A stretch of DNA of 64,000 nt from assembly GCF_035944705.1 (NCBI RefSeq), contig NZ_DASZAX010000011.1; one strand, given 5' to 3'. Source of the stretch: Mesorhizobium sp. (lineage in GTDB: Bacteria; Pseudomonadota; Alphaproteobacteria; Rhizobiales; Rhizobiaceae). The notes beneath the pieces were generated by a model, which had not been told where the DNA came from, made no database searches, and worked only from the letters and a program-made list of their open reading frames with translations. Shown here one piece after another: positions 56,504-63,642 of the stretch (position 1 is its first letter; every line of letters starts with the position of its first letter). The position numbers were made by a program, and so were the translations under genes.

Positions 56504-57565
56504 TTACTTCAGGTCTTCAGCCTTGATGTAGCCGGACTTGACCAGCAGCTCTTCGTAGTTCGACTTGTCGACCTCGACCGGCTTCAGCAGCACCGACGGG
56601 ATCACCTTGACGCCGTTGTTATAGGTCTTGGTGTCGTTGATCTGCGAGGGCTCCTTGCCCTGGATCACCTGATCGACCACTTCGGCGGTCACCTTGGCGA
56701 GTTCGCGCGTGTCCTTGTAGACGGTCGAATACTGTTCACCGGCGATCATCGCCTTCACCGAAGGCACTTCGGCGTCCTGGCCGGAGATGATCGGCCATGG
56801 CTGGTCGCCAGTGCCGTAGCCGACACCGCGCAGCGAGGAGATGATGCCACGCGACAGGCCGTCATAAGGTGCCAGCACCGCGTCGACGCGGCTGCCGTCC
56901 GAGTAGTTGGCCGACAGGATGTTGTCCATGCGGGCCTGCGCGACTGCCGCATCCCAGCGCAGCGTGCCGACCTTCTCCATGCCCATCTGGCCCGACTTCA
57001 CGACCAGGTCGCCCTTGTCGATCAGCGGCTTCAGTACCGACATGGCGCCGTCATAGAAGAAGAAGGCGTTGTTGTCGTCCGGCGAGCCGCCGAACAGCTC
57101 GATGTTGAACGGGCCCTTCTTCTCAGGGTAGCCGAGGCCCTTGAGGATCGAATTGGCCTGCAGCACGCCGACCTGGAAGTTGTCGAAGGTGGTGTAGTAA
57201 TCGACATTTCCGCTCTGCTTGATCAGGCGGTCATAGGCGATGACCTTGACGTTCTGTTCGGCGGCCTTCTTGAGCACGTCGGAAAGCGTGGTGCCGTCGA
57301 TCGAAGCGACGATCAGGGCCTTCGGGCCCTTGGTCACCATGTTCTCGATCTGTGCGAGCTGGTTCGGAATATCGTCTTCCGCATATTGCAGATCGGCCTT
57401 GTAGCCCTTGGCTTCCAGCGCCTTGACCAGTTCGTTGCCGTCGCTGATCCAGCGCAGCGAGGACTTGGTAGGCATGGCGATGCCGACAAGGCCCTTGTCT
57501 TCGGCGTGCGCGCCGAAAGTCATGGCCGCGAAACCGATCGCCACCGTGGCGACCAACGTCTTCAT
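56504..57565 (-). CDS. chvE: Multiple-sugar-binding periplasmic protein ChvE
   Basis: [21 protein letters not shown] signal peptide. [17 protein letters not shown]...[17 protein letters not shown]...[11 protein letters not shown]...[22 protein letters not shown] closely matches my recollection of A. tumefaciens ChvE. Confidence 0.9.
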   Translation of the reverse strand: MKTLVATVAIGFAAMTFGAHAEDKGLVGIAMPTKSSLRWISDGNELVKALEAKGYKADLQYAEDDIPNQLAQIENMVTKGPKALIVASIDGTTLSDVLKKAAEQNVKVIAYDRLIKQSGNVDYYTTFDNFQVGVLQANSILKGLGYPEKKGPFNIELFGGSPDDNNAFFFYDGAMSVLKPLIDKGDLVVKSGQMGMEKVGTLRWDAAVAQARMDNILSANYSDGSRVDAVLAPYDGLSRGIISSLRGVGYGTGDQPWPIISGQDAEVPSVKAMIAGEQYSTVYKDTRELAKVTAEVVDQVIQGKEPSQINDTKTYNNGVKVIPSVLLKPVEVDKSNYEELLVKSGYIKAEDLK

Positions 57566-57782
57566 GAGCTTCACTGTTCTCTCCCTAAGTTGAAGAATGC
57601 CGCGCCTGAAATCCGGCGCCCGCGCAATCCCGCCAATGGCGGGCCTGTCGATCCCTGCTAGCCTCCCAGTCACCTCGTCGCCGTTTCCGGCCATTCTTTC
57701 AACGCCGGCTAAGCTGCCGAAACGAGGTCGCGCGAAGGGTGGTTCCCTTTGCCATAACTGTCAAATTCGATCTTCGCTGTTT

Positions 57783-57804
57783 GATATATCGAAAATGGTA
57801 TATC
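57783..57804. promoter_or_regulatory. Inverted repeat GATATA-N10-TATATC (candidate GbpR/LysR box)
   Basis: AT-rich dyad in the chvE-gbpR divergent region. It is compatible with a LysR T-N11-A type site. Confidence 0.35.
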
Positions 57805-57810
57805 TGTTTC

Positions 57811-57845
57811 GGCAGTCGGCAGTCGGCAGTCGGCAGTCGGCAGTC
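57811..57845. repeat. Perfect heptanucleotide microsatellite (GGCAGTC)x5
   Basis: Five uninterrupted units read directly from the sequence. It ends immediately before the AGGAGG and ATG 57856 of gbpR. Confidence 0.95.
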
Positions 57846-57855
57846 AGGAGGGCTC

Positions 57856-58821
57856 ATGGATAGTCAGCGGGATGGCATCGGCCGCGGAGACGGAGCGGCA
57901 CTCCTGCACAGCGGGCTCAGCCTGCGCCACATGCGCATGGTCGTGGCGCTCGACGATCATGGCCGGGTCAGTGCCGCGGCCCAGGTGATGAACATCTCGC
58001 AGCCGGCCGCCTCGCGCATGATAGCCGAGATGGAGGCCATTCTCGATGTGACGCTGTGCGAGCGGCTGCCGCGCGGCATTGCCATGACCCCTTACGGCAA
58101 AGCGCTGGCCCGGCGCGCCCGCATCATCCTGATCGAGATGCGCGAAGCCGACCGTGAGATCGCCGAACTGAAGGCGGGCAAGGGCGGTTCGGTATTCCTC
58201 GGCGCGGTGACGGCGCCCGCGATCGAACTGGCGGTGCCTGCCATCCGCGAAATCCGCCGGCTCTATCCGCGCATCGAGATCACAATGCAGGTCGAGACCA
58301 GCAATGTGCTGGCGCGCGAGCTGATCGCCATGCGCCACGATTTCATCATCGCGCGCGTGCCGGAAGATCTCAATCCACGCCTGTTCGAGAGCCGCGTCAT
58401 CGGTATCGAAAAGGCTTGTCTGATCGTGCGGCGCGGCCACCCGCTGATGGTGAACAGGACAGTGCGTCTCGAGGAGACCGCCGGCTACGACTGGGTGTTC
58501 CAGTCGGGTTCCTCGCCGCTGCGCCAGGTGATGGAGGCAAACTTCCTCAACCGCAACATCACCTTGCCCGAGCGCATCTTCAACACCAGCTCATTGCTGC
58601 TCACTTTGGTGATGGTGGCGCAGTCGGATGCGATCGCGCCCGTCTCGGTGCAGGTGGCGAAATTCATCCAGGGGCCGGAAGGGCTCGGTGGCGCCATCGA
58701 CGTTGTGCCGACGGATTTCGACATCGAAGTACGCCCCTATTCGCTGATCACCATGAAGCAGCGCGTGCTCTCCCCCGCCGCCAAGATGCTCTACGACTTC
58801 ATCCTGCGCGAGGTGAGTTGA
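57856..58821 (+). CDS. gbpR: LysR-family regulator of chvE (GbpR-like)
   Basis: HTH LRHMRMVVALDDHGRVSAAAQVMNISQPAASRMIAEME. Divergent from chvE, as in Agrobacterium. Confidence 0.85.
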   Translation: MDSQRDGIGRGDGAALLHSGLSLRHMRMVVALDDHGRVSAAAQVMNISQPAASRMIAEMEAILDVTLCERLPRGIAMTPYGKALARRARIILIEMREADREIAELKAGKGGSVFLGAVTAPAIELAVPAIREIRRLYPRIEITMQVETSNVLARELIAMRHDFIIARVPEDLNPRLFESRVIGIEKACLIVRRGHPLMVNRTVRLEETAGYDWVFQSGSSPLRQVMEANFLNRNITLPERIFNTSSLLLTLVMVAQSDAIAPVSVQVAKFIQGPEGLGGAIDVVPTDFDIEVRPYSLITMKQRVLSPAAKMLYDFILREVS

Positions 58822-58901
58822 GGCGGTCAACAAGGCTGTTTCCCGGCGGATCTGCGCCGCTTGCCTTGCCTGCGAGGCCCCGATGCCGTAGCGATGCTCG
58901 C

Positions 58902-59270
58902 ATGATGGTAACCGAGTACGGGACACGGACCCTGGCGCAGAGGCTTCTCTGCGTCCTCCTTGTGCTGTTCTTCTGGCAGTATGGACAGCCTGCTGCGGCC
59001 GTCGTCTCTGACGGCTTGCCGCGGGTCTCGGTAGCCCAGCCGGACCTGAAACTGGGCTTGCCGAACAAGGCGCCGTCACTGGCGCTGGAGAGCGCCCGGT
59101 CGATCCGCGCCAAGTTCCACGCCTCGGCCCTGGATACGATCCTGCCCGGGCCGCATGCGCTGGAAGCGCCTGAACTGTCTTCCCGGGTCGAGCGACTGGT
59201 CTCGTATGACATCGGCGGGCAGAAGCCCGAGCGTCCGCAGGTCCGCGACCCGCCGGCGGCAGCGGCCTAG
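58902..59270 (+). CDS. Hypothetical secreted/membrane-anchored protein (122 aa)
   Basis: High GC3. N-terminal hydrophobic LLCVLLVLFFW...AAA. The 5' part of the long ORF 58416-59270 overlaps gbpR and was discarded. No family recognised. Confidence 0.5.
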   Translation: MMVTEYGTRTLAQRLLCVLLVLFFWQYGQPAAAVVSDGLPRVSVAQPDLKLGLPNKAPSLALESARSIRAKFHASALDTILPGPHALEAPELSSRVERLVSYDIGGQKPERPQVRDPPAAAA

Positions 59271-59348
59271 CCCTTCAGGGCATCAATTCCACACTTCCGA
59301 TCATCATGCGCGCTGCTTTCCGCAGCTGCGCAAACACGGGCATTTGAA

Positions 59349-59585
59349 ATGAACCGTATCCTCACCCCGTATTCGCTGTTCGGCGTTGCGGCCGCGACGC
59401 TGCTTCTGTCGGCCAAGCTTCTCATCTCGGTCGGCGTCATCCATTGGGTGGTTGCAGCGTTGCTGGACCTGCCACTTCTGCCTCAGCTTGTCCTGGCCGG
59501 CATCCTGGCCGTTCCAACTCTGATCCTGATCTGGAGGATCATCTGGCTCTGCTATGAGGCTGAGACCAGCCCCGAGAACAACTGA
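59349..59585 (+). CDS. Hypothetical small membrane protein (78 aa, 2-3 TM)
   Basis: High GC3 and strongly hydrophobic (LFGVAAATLLLSAKLLISVGVIHWVVAALL...). A terminator follows. Confidence 0.55.
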   Translation: MNRILTPYSLFGVAAATLLLSAKLLISVGVIHWVVAALLDLPLLPQLVLAGILAVPTLILIWRIIWLCYEAETSPENN

Positions 59586-59593
59586 AGCAACCT

Positions 59594-59621
59594 CCGCCCC
59601 GGTTCACCTCGGGCGGGTTTT
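59594..59621 (+). terminator. Intrinsic terminator after the 59349 ORF
   Basis: CCGCCC...GGGCGG stem with an inner GG/CC extension, followed by GTTTT. Confidence 0.5.
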
Positions 59622-59730
59622 GCACCAGAGCATTTTGTAGCTAACTGGAATCACCTGGCGTTACAAAAACGCAGCGAAAACAAAGCCTAGAGCGTTTCCG
59701 CGTTTCCGTGAAAAACGGAAACGCTCTAAA
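59622..59730 (-). repeat. Intergenic repeat, copy C (variant)
   Basis: Contains the perfect 13-bp inverted repeat TAGAGCGTTTCCG-N15-CGGAAACGCTCTA (59688-59728). Its reverse complement aligns with copy B (CGGAAACGCGGAAAYGCTCTA..CTTTGTTTTCGC). It overlaps the stop codon of the 59726 ORF. Confidence 0.7.
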
Positions 59731-60070
59731 GGCCCCAGGGATGTTTCGGCACCGGATCTCCAAGCGGATCGTGCAGGTCGTCCGCGTCCGGAAAGAGCTC
59801 CTTGAGGCCCATCCGGCTCATCGCGGCCGCAGACTTTGCCTCAAGTTGCGCCGCGTTCCCTTTTGCCCACTCGACCAGGCGGGCGATTTCCGGTTCGTCA
59901 TGGATTGTCGGCAACACCCAATCTGCCCATTGGCGGATTCGGGCGGCTCTCTCATAGTCCGTGAGGCAGGCATCCAAGAGGTTGAGCCGATGCTCTTCGC
60001 GTTCCTTACGCCGCAGCGCAAGAAACCTGCGCCGCTGCAGTGCGGTTTGTTCAATCGTCGGGGTTTCCAT
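59726..60070 (-). CDS. Hypothetical protein (114 aa)
   Basis: ATG 60070 lies 8 nt after AGGAG. Helical, charged sequence (…RRRFLALRRKEREEHRLNLLDACLTDYERAARIRQWADWV…). No family recognised. Confidence 0.5.
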   Translation of the reverse strand: METPTIEQTALQRRRFLALRRKEREEHRLNLLDACLTDYERAARIRQWADWVLPTIHDEPEIARLVEWAKGNAAQLEAKSAAAMSRMGLKELFPDADDLHDPLGDPVPKHPWGL

Positions 60071-60254
60071 CGCACGCTCCTGCTCGTTGCAGGCTCTAGT
60101 TCAACAGCGCAGCGTCAAACGGCCACCCGTTTCTTGCCCGGATTTACGAAGCCAGGCTGCTCTCTCCAGCGGACTGACGTTGCCATGAAACGGGTGGGAG
60201 GTTCGGCAGGTTTCCTGAGATCATCGCGTCCAGTCAACCGAGGAGGCCGCGCAA

Positions 60255-60422
60255 ATGATCCCGTTTCTTCTGGCAATCAACAGCCATGCCGTCGTTCGTG
60301 GCGAAGGGGTGCATACTGAGTTTGGCAAGCACTACGCGCAGCTGTTGCGAGCCGCGCAGATGCGGGCCGAAACGCAGCGGTTCGTCAGTTTACCGAGGCC
60401 GGCACCGCGGCAAACTGCCTGA
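60255..60422 (+). CDS. Unlisted 55-codon ORF with perfect SD (MIPFLLAINSHAVVRGEGVHTEFGKHYAQLLRAAQMRAETQRFVSLPRPAPRQTA)
   Basis: AGGAGG at 60241-60246, 8 nt before ATG 60255. GC3 is about 69%. It fills an otherwise ORF-free 430-bp gap and is below the 60-aa cutoff of the ORF track. No family recognised. Confidence 0.35.
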   Translation: MIPFLLAINSHAVVRGEGVHTEFGKHYAQLLRAAQMRAETQRFVSLPRPAPRQTA

Positions 60423-60501
60423 CATTGCGGCTGTAGCCTGGCTGCTGTCGTCCACCCAGCCCGGACAAGGCAATTTCGGTAAAATGGCTTTTCGACAAGC
60501 T

Positions 60502-60732
60502 CTAAGCCTGAGAGGCCTCTTCCATCGCTCGCTTCAGGTGCTGCTGACGCGAATAGCCGGATGATACCGCCAGCCGGGTCAGATGCAGCTCGTGCTCCTG
60601 CAACTTGTTTGCAATCAGCAGCGCGACAACGGCAGAGCGTGCATCGCCATCCGAAGCCGCGATAAGCGCATCTGCCGCCTTGTCGATCTCCAGGCGTGTG
60701 TCATTGTCCCGTACTTTTGCCGGCTCGGTCAT
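60502..60732 (-). CDS. Hypothetical small helical protein (76 aa)
   Basis: MTEPAKVRDNDTRLEIDKAADALIAASDGDARSAVVALLIANKLQEHELHLTRLAVSSGYSR... resembles small alphaproteobacterial proteins with a ...AVSxGYxR motif (recall only). Its start is 12 nt from the end of repeat D. Confidence 0.5.
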   Translation of the reverse strand: MTEPAKVRDNDTRLEIDKAADALIAASDGDARSAVVALLIANKLQEHELHLTRLAVSSGYSRQQHLKRAMEEASQA

Positions 60733-60741
60733 AGTCCTGTT

Positions 60742-60840
60742 CCAATCTGAGCAGTTCCAGCAAAAGTGTGCCGCGGTTTTACGTCCGGAATTGCGTTAAA
60801 ACAAAGAGCGTTTTCGTGTTTCGGAGAAAGACGGAAACGG
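60742..60840 (-). repeat. Intergenic repeat, copy D
   Basis: The reverse complement reads ...CGCTCTTTGTTTTAACGCAATTCCGGACGTAAAACCGCGGCACACTTTTGCTGGAACTGCTC, nearly identical to copy A. Confidence 0.8.
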
Positions 60841-60841
60841 G

Positions 60842-61216
60842 TCAGGCGGCTTTGCGTGTGAGCAGATCGATTTCGTTGTTGGCTGCCACGGGCAGCACGT
60901 TGGCGGGCGCGTTGATCTCGACAACCGTCATCTCGAATATGCGCGAGACTTCAAAGAAGGAACGGCCCTTGCTCAGCGCCAGGATCGCGGCTTCTTCTGC
61001 ACCGATCCAGGTGTTGGCGTTCCTGGCGTCCTCATCCGTATAATCCGGGTCGTCGTCATGGCAGCCACGCTCATCCCAGTCTTCGAGCAGCGAGTGCCCC
61101 GCCAGTCCATCCAGCGGATGTATCTTTTCGCGAATGAAGACGGCTTCCGCTGCTTTCGACGCGCTCCGGAGTTCTTCCTTCGTCGCGCCATCCATCCTGA
61201 TCGTGAGAGTCCACAT
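60842..61216 (-). CDS. Hypothetical protein (124 aa) with a possible C-terminal HTH
   Basis: ATG 61216 lies 6 nt after AGGAGG, with its own promoter-like element upstream. Acidic middle (DDDPDYTDED). ...ILALSKGRSFFEVSRIFEMTVVEI resembles a short HTH. Confidence 0.55.
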   Translation of the reverse strand: MWTLTIRMDGATKEELRSASKAAEAVFIREKIHPLDGLAGHSLLEDWDERGCHDDDPDYTDEDARNANTWIGAEEAAILALSKGRSFFEVSRIFEMTVVEINAPANVLPVAANNEIDLLTRKAA

Positions 61217-61244
61217 TCCAGCCTCCTGCGGCTTCGAGAAGAGC

Positions 61245-61274
61245 AGTGAACAAAAAGAGAACAAAAATGTCAAG
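61245..61274 (-). promoter_or_regulatory. Sigma-70-like promoter for the 60842-61216 gene
   Basis: The minus strand reads CTTGACA-N17-TTCACT in an AT-rich patch about 30 nt upstream of the start codon. Confidence 0.35.
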
Positions 61275-61351
61275 CGGAGTCTTGGAGGTCTGGGAAAACA
61301 CCCCTTTCTTCCAATGGATGCCGGAGTGGTCCAACTGCCGGGGACGGGCTT

Positions 61352-61774
61352 CTAAGAAGGCGTGTCGGAGACGCCGAACAACTTCCGGCACCACACCAGG
61401 TAGAGGCCGTATGGCCGGCCGGAAAGTGCGGAGATGACCACGATGCTGCCCGACGCCGAAACGATCTGCGGGATGGTGGCGCCGTTGATGGCGAGGAGCA
61501 CGCAGTAGATCGGAATCTGGAAGCTAATATTGGCGACGGTGTCGACGGCAGCGGCTTTCAATTGGTTCGAATTGCCCGCCGTCACGGCGAACAGCCAGTC
61601 GCGGTAGATGCCGTAGGGACGGCCGACGAACAGGATGACGGGTATCGCGGCAAGGCGCACGCCCATGCTCTGCCAGGGCGTCAGCCCGGCAACGACGATC
61701 TCGACAAAGGCGCCGACGATCGTGGAAAACACGATCTGCGCGACTGTATCGGCGAAATATCTGCGCATGCCCAC
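61352..61774 (-). CDS. alaE: L-alanine exporter AlaE
   Basis: ...FADTVAQIVFSTIVGAFVE...RLAAIPVILFVGRPYGIYRDW...RPYGLYLVWCRKLFGVS parallels E. coli AlaE (recall). Confidence 0.8.
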   Translation of the reverse strand: MGMRRYFADTVAQIVFSTIVGAFVEIVVAGLTPWQSMGVRLAAIPVILFVGRPYGIYRDWLFAVTAGNSNQLKAAAVDTVANISFQIPIYCVLLAINGATIPQIVSASGSIVVISALSGRPYGLYLVWCRKLFGVSDTPS

Positions 61775-61823
61775 TGGCCCCGCATCGTCTGAACCGCCCG
61801 CAATCGATGGTCTGTTGCGTCAG

Positions 61824-62597
61824 CTATCCACGGCGCGCCGTGATGATCCAGGCGCGCGACTCGAACAGCACGCCCTCGGGGCTCAGATGCGCCTGCAGCA
61901 TGTCGCGCAGCCGCCGCGTTACCGTGGCTGGCGGTTCCGTCGCGTCGGCAAGCGCGTCCTTCACCATCTGGAAGGAGGTGAGGGCATCATATGCCGCATC
62001 GATGTCCCGGCCATAGAACACCGGTTCATGCACATCGATGAAGTCGATGGATGTGAAGCCGGCGGCACTGAGAAGTGCCGTCGCAACGGCGGGGTCGGCA
62101 AGCGAAAACGCCATCGGAACAGCCGCCGGGGGCGTGCCTGCCGGGTTCAGGGCTTCCCGGATGGCGCCCGACCATGCGTTGCGCTCCTGGCTCTGCCACA
62201 CCATCCACACCAGGCGCGCGCCCGGTCGCATCGCGCGGCCGATATTCGCAAAGGCCGCTGCCGGATCGGCAAAGAACATCATGCCGAACCGGCTGATGCA
62301 CAGATCGAAATGGGCGGCCGGGTAAGGGTAGGATTGTGCATCGCCGAGTTCGAAGGTCACGTTGCCCAGCCTGTCCTGGGCGCAACGCTGCCGTGCGATC
62401 TCGAGCAGCTCGGCGGAGGTGTCGACACCGAACACTTCGCCTTCTTCTGCCGCGTGGGCAGCCTCGCGGCTGGTCAGCCCGGCACCGCAGCCGATGTCGA
62501 GCACCCGGTCATGCGGTCCGACATCAGCGGCAGCCCTGAAGTGTCGATTGTGCCGGGTCAGCTCGGCGTCGTAGAAGTCAGCGAAGGCCAAGGTCAT
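61824..62597 (-). CDS. Class I SAM-dependent methyltransferase
   Basis: Motif I VLDIGCGAGLTS. Start at Met 62597 (MTLAFADFYDAEL...). 50 bp upstream of alaE on the same strand. Confidence 0.85.
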   Translation of the reverse strand: MTLAFADFYDAELTRHNRHFRAAADVGPHDRVLDIGCGAGLTSREAAHAAEEGEVFGVDTSAELLEIARQRCAQDRLGNVTFELGDAQSYPYPAAHFDLCISRFGMMFFADPAAAFANIGRAMRPGARLVWMVWQSQERNAWSGAIREALNPAGTPPAAVPMAFSLADPAVATALLSAAGFTSIDFIDVHEPVFYGRDIDAAYDALTSFQMVKDALADATEPPATVTRRLRDMLQAHLSPEGVLFESRAWIITARRG

Positions 62598-62798
62598 TCC
62601 ATTCACCGTTCCGGGTTGTCGGCGGGTGCCGCCGTTTGCCGTCCTCATGACGGCTTGGCAGCCTGATTCCAGCATCCCGCCGGTACAGGATGCCTGTGTC
62701 AATCGCTGCAGTTCCGAACCTGCCGCGGCTGTGTCCGTCGGCTGATATCCAGCCGACTATCAGATTGACCGCGTCAAACCGCGTCGGCGGGCACGGTG

Positions 62799-62814
62799 TT
62801 AACCTTTTGTTAAC
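62799..62814. promoter_or_regulatory. CtrA-box-like motif TTAA-N7-TTAAC upstream of minC
   Basis: TTAACCTTTTGTTAAC is an exact match to the TTAA-N7-TTAAC consensus, 50 nt before the minC GTG. Extra TTAACC half-sites lie at 62846-62851 and 62867-62872. Confidence 0.5.
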
Positions 62815-62863
62815 CATTTCGCTCCTACACCTTGGAAACCGAAAATTAACCAAGATCACCATC

Positions 62864-63613
62864 GTGTTAACCAAACCCCGGCCCATCCGCCTCAAGGGGC
62901 GCTCCTTCCTTGCCCTGTCGCTTGCCCCGGAATTGCCGTTCGAAGACTGGCTGGCCGGGCTTGATGATCTCGCCGCCCGTTCCGCCGGTTTCTTCCTGCG
63001 GCGGCCGGTGGTGCTGGACATAAGCGGCCTCGATATCAAGAAGGCGGAACTGCGCACGCTGGTGGACGAATTGAGCCAGCGTAACGTCCGTGTCATGGGC
63101 CTGGAAGGCGCGCGGCATTCGCTGCTCGGGCCGGACATGCCGCCGGCCATGAATGATGGGCGCCCGGCCTCGGATTTCGATCCGTCGGCGCAAGACGAAT
63201 CAGATGAGGCGGGCGAATCGGTCGAGCCGCAGGACGCCCCGGCGGTGGAAACGATCACGGCTGCCGGGCCATCGGTCCAGGTCACCGGATCGCTGGTCGT
63301 CACCGAGCCGGTCCGTTCAGGCCAGTCTATCTTCTTCCCGGAAGGCGACGTCACCATCATCGGTTCCGTCGCATCGGGCGCGGAGGTCGTCGCCGGTGGC
63401 TCGATCCACGTCTACGGCACGCTGCGCGGGCGTGCACTGGCCGGCACCACCGGCAACGGTTCGGCGCGCATCTTCTGCCGCAAGCTGGAGGCGGAAATGA
63501 TGGCGATCGACGGCTTCTACCTCACGGCGGAGGACATGGAGCCGGATCTGCGGGGGCGGGCAGTGCAGGTGTGGCTGGAAGGCCATGCGCTCAAAACTGG
63601 AATTCTAGGCTGA
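62864..63613 (+). CDS. minC: Septum site-determining protein MinC
   Basis: GTG 62864. VLTKPRPIRLKGRSFLALSLAPELPFEDWLAGLDDLAARSAGFF... The C-terminal beta-helix (GDVTIIGSVASGAEVVAGGSIHVYG) is followed by minD. Confidence 0.9.
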   Translation: MLTKPRPIRLKGRSFLALSLAPELPFEDWLAGLDDLAARSAGFFLRRPVVLDISGLDIKKAELRTLVDELSQRNVRVMGLEGARHSLLGPDMPPAMNDGRPASDFDPSAQDESDEAGESVEPQDAPAVETITAAGPSVQVTGSLVVTEPVRSGQSIFFPEGDVTIIGSVASGAEVVAGGSIHVYGTLRGRALAGTTGNGSARIFCRKLEAEMMAIDGFYLTAEDMEPDLRGRAVQVWLEGHALKTGILG

Positions 63614-63642
63614 CCCGACGAAGGTCCATAAAGGAGAGGTCA

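Noticed and set aside
58416-58901. 5' part of the 284-aa ORF 58416-59270
   Set aside because: It overlaps the 3' half of gbpR in another frame and is Arg/Gly/Ala-rich. Only the part from ATG 58902, with a hydrophobic N-terminus, was kept.
60388-60504. Possible VapC/PIN C-terminal remnant (…EIALSGLGG…SRNVRQFAAVPASVN) read in-frame after the TAG of the 76-aa ORF
   Set aside because: The resemblance to the ...TRNxxDFxxxPGL... PIN C-terminus is short and weak. The upstream 76 aa do not look like a PIN N-terminus. The segment is antisense to the SD-preceded 55-codon ORF. This cannot be supported without a search.
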